From Gloeobacterales cyanobacterium (GTDB lineage: Bacteria > Cyanobacteriota > Cyanobacteriia > Gloeobacterales > PMM-0068): DNA of 64,000 nucleotides. The stretch spans positions 1-64,000 of the forward strand of contig JBBRSB010000027.1 of assembly GCA_038245785.1 (NCBI GenBank), written 5' to 3'. Positions 59,446-64,000 of this stretch are shown here, piece by piece. Made by a program: the position numbers and the translations under genes. How positions within the stretch are numbered: the stretch's first letter is position 1; every line of letters begins with the position of its first letter. The notes under the pieces are model-generated. The model was given only the letters and a program-made list of their open reading frames with translations, was not told the origin of the DNA and searched no databases.

Positions 59446-61401
59446 ATGCAGGCAAAACAAAGCCCCGTGGCCCTGATCCTCAATCCCACCGGAATGCAGT
59501 CGGTGATGCCTGGGTCTACCCTTGAACTCTACGTGACGGTGAGCAATCAAGGCCCACAGAGTGCCGTGATTGACTTGTTTATTGATGAAGCTTCTCAGAC
59601 TTTGCGTCAATGGTGTGAAACGCCCCGTGAGCGATTGGCTCTCGGACCGCAGCAGAGCAGTGAGGTGGTTTTCCGCTTTCAGATTCCTGTCCAGGCTTTT
59701 CCGGGAATTTATGACTATGTCCTGGTCGTGGATGCACCCCAGCACTACCCAGAAGATACGCCGATTCAGCGCCCGCGTCAGATCCAGGTCTTGCCCCTAG
59801 AACAGGCTGCCGTCAAAGTCAATGACCCCACCTTTAGCCTGAAGCCCGTTACCAATCCGACGCAACCAGCTGTACTGAAACTGGGCCAACCCTTGCCGAT
59901 GCAAGTCCTCGTGCACAACCGCTCTGACCGGGTAGACCGTTTCCGGGTGAGCTGTCCAGATTTAGAGGAAGACTGGTTTAGCGTGCGCTACGCGGCAGGT
60001 TTAGAAGGGCCAGGACTGCTTGCGGGCAGTGACGGTTTAGGGCTTAACCCTGGTGCCCAAGGCCCGATTTCTCTGCTCTTTCAGCCTCCTCCTACTACCC
60101 TGGCGGGTAGCTATTCGCCGACCATCCGCGTACACTCCGCCAACAATCCAGACCTTGTGCTGTTGGACCTTGTCTATATCCAGATTCCAGCCTTTTTTCG
60201 CCTAAATGTAGAACTGGATACCCTCCTCGGCAAAGTCACCCACAGCGCTGGACAGTATGAAATTAAATTGACCAATGAAGGCAATACGATTCGGGAACTG
60301 TCGGTTCGCGCAAAAAGCCGTGATGAAGAAGATCTCTGCACCTATACCTGTGCGCCGGAAGAGGTAAGGGTTCTACCAGGAAAAACCACCAGTGTCAGTC
60401 TCCAGGTAAAACCGACTAAATGGTGGCGTCAACCACTTTATGGAAACCCGTTAGACCTCAACTTTCAGATTGAAGTGGAAGATAGTAAGCAACTTCCCCT
60501 TCCCAAAGAACTACCCCAAGGACTTCTCTTTTGGCAGCCGCGCCCTTGGTGGCAATTGTTGCTATTGGCTTTCTCGGTCTTCGTAGCTATCCTCGGCTTG
60601 GTTTTACTGATCTGGCAAATCTATTTCAAACCGCCACCTCCCCCCAAACTGCTTAGTTTTCAACCGGATAGTCCTGTCTATCGGGAGGCTGCTGGTGACC
60701 GTATTCGGCTCAACTGGCAAATCCGCAATGATGACCAAATTCAAAAAGTTACGATAGCTGGTAAAGCAGGACCAGCCAGCCAAGAAGTTGCCTACGACTT
60801 CAGCAAGGGTATTCCCAAAGATCTGGCAGCCCAATGTCAGAGTCAACAAAAAGTTTTGACCTGCAGCCATGTGCCAACCGATGCCAAGCAAGCTGGTAAA
60901 TACATTTTTGAGATCCAGGTCTTTCCCCGCTCTAAAGGAGATGGGGATGGAGAGCCGCTGACAAAAACGACCGACCTGAGTGAAATTATTCCTCGGCCCG
61001 TTAAACCGGAAGTGGCTCCCAAGATTATCTTTTTCAAACTGAATGGAATCAATGCTCCCGCCAAAGTATCGCTACCGATCAAGACGCCAACGGCATCGGG
61101 CAAAGGCTTGAATCTGACCTGGAAAATCGAAGGCAAAGACACTATCGTCGAGATTCCACCCTATGGGAGCTTTGGGACTACGGGCAAGCTATCTTTGCCT
61201 GCTTACCAGCAGGTCACGGGCGATACGATTACGCTCAAAGCGACGAATAAGTCCGGTCAAGTCACCCGTGGGTTTTCGATCGAAACCTACGACCCGACGC
61301 CACCGCCTCCCGTATCTTTGCCCCCTGTTATTCCGATTCCACCGCTGACGCCGCCTGTTTCTCCAGCTACAAAGCCTGTTTCACCACCACCTTCGCCCTA
61401 G
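59446..61401 (+). CDS. Bitopic membrane protein with tandem Ig-like domains (CisA-like adaptor candidate)
   Basis: VHNRSDRVDRF..W..L.L.PG..G..L.F.PP...AG.Y; NEGN; TM WWQLLLLAFSVFVAILGLVLLIW; Pro-rich tail. Confidence 0.75.
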   Translation: MQAKQSPVALILNPTGMQSVMPGSTLELYVTVSNQGPQSAVIDLFIDEASQTLRQWCETPRERLALGPQQSSEVVFRFQIPVQAFPGIYDYVLVVDAPQHYPEDTPIQRPRQIQVLPLEQAAVKVNDPTFSLKPVTNPTQPAVLKLGQPLPMQVLVHNRSDRVDRFRVSCPDLEEDWFSVRYAAGLEGPGLLAGSDGLGLNPGAQGPISLLFQPPPTTLAGSYSPTIRVHSANNPDLVLLDLVYIQIPAFFRLNVELDTLLGKVTHSAGQYEIKLTNEGNTIRELSVRAKSRDEEDLCTYTCAPEEVRVLPGKTTSVSLQVKPTKWWRQPLYGNPLDLNFQIEVEDSKQLPLPKELPQGLLFWQPRPWWQLLLLAFSVFVAILGLVLLIWQIYFKPPPPPKLLSFQPDSPVYREAAGDRIRLNWQIRNDDQIQKVTIAGKAGPASQEVAYDFSKGIPKDLAAQCQSQQKVLTCSHVPTDAKQAGKYIFEIQVFPRSKGDGDGEPLTKTTDLSEIIPRPVKPEVAPKIIFFKLNGINAPAKVSLPIKTPTASGKGLNLTWKIEGKDTIVEIPPYGSFGTTGKLSLPAYQQVTGDTITLKATNKSGQVTRGFSIETYDPTPPPPVSLPPVIPIPPLTPPVSPATKPVSPPPSP

Positions 61402-61413
61402 GGAGTTTCAACG

Positions 61414-62124
61414 ATGTCCATTACCTGTCCAGAATGCGGTAGTGCCAATCCCCCGGAGTCCCAGTATTGCGGGGAATGTGGCATTGAATTGTCCAAGGTA
61501 GCGGTAACGCCAGAACCGATCGCCGAAAAAGCAGCGCCCAATCCACGCCCCCCGAAAGCCGCTAAAGGTTCTGCATCTCCTGAAGAAAAACTGAAAGCAG
61601 AAGAGAAACTCAAAGCTGAAGAAAAACCCAAATCAGAGCCGGTAGCACCCCCAGAAGCAATTCCAGAGAGTCCTCCACCCCGTCCGTCCATTCTTGCGTC
61701 ATCACCGCCTGCTTCACCCCCCACTCCCGTACCACCTCCCCCTTCACGCCCCACACCCATGCCAATAGCAGGCACGCGCTTACAGCTCACCCAGGCATTC
61801 CTGGTGCATACGGGCACCGGCGAACGCTTTGAATTGCCGATTGGTCGTTCTCTGGTTTATATCGGTAAACCGAATGAGCAACTGCCGCCTGATATTGATG
61901 TATCGCATCTGCTTGATACCGATGTTGTTTCCCGCATACATGCCACCATTTGTGTGGAAGGAGAGCAATACGCGCTGGAAGATGCTGGCAGTAGCAATGG
62001 CACCTATCTGAATGGAGAACTCATCCGTGCGGGTGCTCGATTCCGTCGTCCCCTAAACGCTGGCGACACTATTTCCCTGGGCAAAGGGGATAAGGTCAGT
62101 TTCCGTTTCGAACTGGAAGAGTAG
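61414..62124 (+). CDS. Zn-ribbon + Pro-rich linker + FHA protein
   Basis: CPECG..CGECG; IGKPN..VSRIHA..LEDAGSSNGTYLNG. Confidence 0.92.
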   Translation: MSITCPECGSANPPESQYCGECGIELSKVAVTPEPIAEKAAPNPRPPKAAKGSASPEEKLKAEEKLKAEEKPKSEPVAPPEAIPESPPPRPSILASSPPASPPTPVPPPPSRPTPMPIAGTRLQLTQAFLVHTGTGERFELPIGRSLVYIGKPNEQLPPDIDVSHLLDTDVVSRIHATICVEGEQYALEDAGSSNGTYLNGELIRAGARFRRPLNAGDTISLGKGDKVSFRFELEE

Positions 62125-62126
62125 CT

Positions 62127-63542
62127 ATGTATTACCTGGCTGTGGGTGATTGCTCTTCTCTACCCAATCGCTATCAGATGACTGGGGAAGCCAAGCAGCC
62201 CAAGATTATTGAAGATGCGGAGCCAGAACTCGCTCCAGACCCTAACCCGCAAGTGATGCCTGCTCTTTGTCGCCCCTATCAGCGTTTAAATGCTTTTCGC
62301 TGGGCAATACCGGGTGTACACACTTATTTCGGTCCTAAAGAAGCTCCCTGCGTTCTTTTAGAAGAGGTTCCGATAACAGCCGATGGTTGCCTTTGGCCTA
62401 GTTTAGAAGAAGCGTGGGTCGAGGCAACGCTCCTCCATCAACTGGGATGGCTCCTACAGATTGCCCGCCTTTGGGACCCCTGCCTTCAAGAAGGCGTGGC
62501 GCTATCTCTATTGCAACCAGAAAATATTCGGGTTCAAGGTTGGCAGGCCCGTCTCTCTTTTTTGGAACACGATACTTCTGTTCCCTCTCTACAGGAGCTA
62601 GGAAGCTCTTGGCAGCAGCAGTTGACCCCGATGGTGCTCTCCCTGCAAATGCTGACTCAATCTTTAGCAGAAGGAAAAATGACTCGGGTGGGAGACCTGA
62701 TAGGGGAATTGGAATCTCTGGCTTTGCAGTATGGCAGTAGCGCGAAGGTGGAAGGGATTGCGGGGGCGACCGATCCCGGCAGGCGCGAGAATAACGAAGA
62801 CACTTTTGCCTATGATCCTGAAGGGCACTATGGCATTGTTTGCGATGGCATGGGAGGCCATGAAGGAGGAGAAGTAGCAAGTAACTTAGCCGTTCAGAGC
62901 CTGGCACAAAATGCTGTTTCCCTGGCGCAGCAAACGTTTTCCGCACTCCAGCTCCGCCAAGGCTTGGCCGATGCGCTCTATCAGGCCAACCAACAAATTT
63001 TTGAACTCAACGAACAGCAGGGACGAGACCGCTATCGGAAGATGGGAACAACTGCTGTTGCCTATTGTTTGACAGGACCCCTCCTGCATCTTGCTCATGT
63101 CGGAGACAGTCGCATCTACCTCATCGACCAACAGCATTGTCAGCAGGTAACGGTGGATGATGATATCGCCAATTTAGAAATCAGCCTTGCCCGGACTACC
63201 CGCAGTGCTATTCGCTCCATAGCCTCTGGCGGTGCGCTCACGCAAGCGCTTGGTGTGATTGATAATCACTCGCTACAGCCAACGGTGCAGACGTTTGTTC
63301 TACCCGAAGATTGCCTGGTTCTACTGTGTAGTGATGGTTTATGCGATGGTTCTCTCGTCGAACAGCATTGGCAAGATGCCTTCCTGCCCCTTTTGCATCA
63401 AGACCTGAGCGATAAAACGCAGGGTTTAATCGAATTAGCCCTCAAAGAATTAGGGCATGACAATATCACTTTTGTCCTTCTGCAATATTCCACAGGACAA
63501 GCTCAGGTTGGCAAACGGAGTACCACTGACCTACAGGACTGA
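62127..63542 (+). CDS. PP2C-family Ser/Thr phosphatase with extended N-terminal domain
   Basis: TDPGRRENNED, VCDGMGGHEGGEVAS, MGTT, HVGDSR, LCSDG, GHDNIT. Confidence 0.93.
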   Translation: MYYLAVGDCSSLPNRYQMTGEAKQPKIIEDAEPELAPDPNPQVMPALCRPYQRLNAFRWAIPGVHTYFGPKEAPCVLLEEVPITADGCLWPSLEEAWVEATLLHQLGWLLQIARLWDPCLQEGVALSLLQPENIRVQGWQARLSFLEHDTSVPSLQELGSSWQQQLTPMVLSLQMLTQSLAEGKMTRVGDLIGELESLALQYGSSAKVEGIAGATDPGRRENNEDTFAYDPEGHYGIVCDGMGGHEGGEVASNLAVQSLAQNAVSLAQQTFSALQLRQGLADALYQANQQIFELNEQQGRDRYRKMGTTAVAYCLTGPLLHLAHVGDSRIYLIDQQHCQQVTVDDDIANLEISLARTTRSAIRSIASGGALTQALGVIDNHSLQPTVQTFVLPEDCLVLLCSDGLCDGSLVEQHWQDAFLPLLHQDLSDKTQGLIELALKELGHDNITFVLLQYSTGQAQVGKRSTTDLQD

Positions 63543-63715
63543 ATTGATGTTCTTCTGTTGGGCGTTGTTGGAGACCCATCGAGCGGGCCAGAATGGGTGG
63601 TGTAACGTTTGGTCTTGGCCGGTCACGTTGAAGGTTCTACCGATATCTAGGCAATTTTATATTTCTGGAATGGCGCACCGTTCCACCTAATCGCAATTAT
63701 CCCCTGTTTGCGTAC

Positions 63716-63745
63716 GGTAGAGACGCGATATATCGCGTCTCTACC
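63716..63745. repeat. GTAG-type REP-like perfect palindrome
   Basis: GGTAGAGACGCGATATATCGCGTCTCTACC is its own reverse complement. Confidence 0.75.
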
Positions 63746-64000
63746 CGACGTATGGTGAAATGTTTTGCGATATTCAGAATGGGACCCAATCATGAACCTT
63801 CAGGCAAAATGTTGGAACCCACATCTTTGATTAAGGTTTCAAGTTTTATTCACTTAGGGATATGAATGGGTGTTCTAACCGTGTCATGCTGCAATATCTC
63901 GTGGTTAGCACAAAGATAATCGATTGCTGCCTTGAAGTATCGTTTTTCTTGTGGCCCATATATCTTGTTCTTGATATCGCTTTGCGTGAGCCGAGCCTGC

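Noticed and set aside
63746..64000. RAYT transposase relic beside the REP palindrome
   Set aside because: Only a faint FCDIQNG resemblance followed by a stop; insufficient evidence

Overview
Cyanobacterial DNA, probably Gloeobacterales. This is an inference from a 298-aa rhodopsin that closely resembles Gloeobacter rhodopsin as I recall it, plus bciB, DUF2808, DUF2949 and an SLH-porin. Bases 1-14.2 kb hold housekeeping genes (bciB, pseudouridine synthase, rodZ-mreBCD, ndbB, smpB), a metallothionein missing from the ORF track, the rhodopsin and several decayed accessory genes. From about 14.5 to 63.5 kb lies a ~49-kb contractile injection system (CIS) locus of the DUF6760/DUF4255 (Streptomyces-like, cytoplasmic) type. 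Its structural genes are sheath, four tube paralogs, cap, two tail chaperones (one with a likely -1 frameshift into DUF6760), tube initiator, VgrG, PAAR, gp25 and baseplate. Interleaved are a two-component system with a repeated candidate operator, two Ser/Thr kinases, a pseudokinase receptor, four FHA proteins, a PP2C, two CisA-like bitopic membrane proteins, and arrays of small, very acidic, often Ca2+-binding orphan proteins that are candidate cargo. One of these has a Zn-phospholipase C/P1-nuclease-like fold, and two share a C-terminal GDYPMPPED motif. All family calls come from motif recognition by eye; no searches were run.
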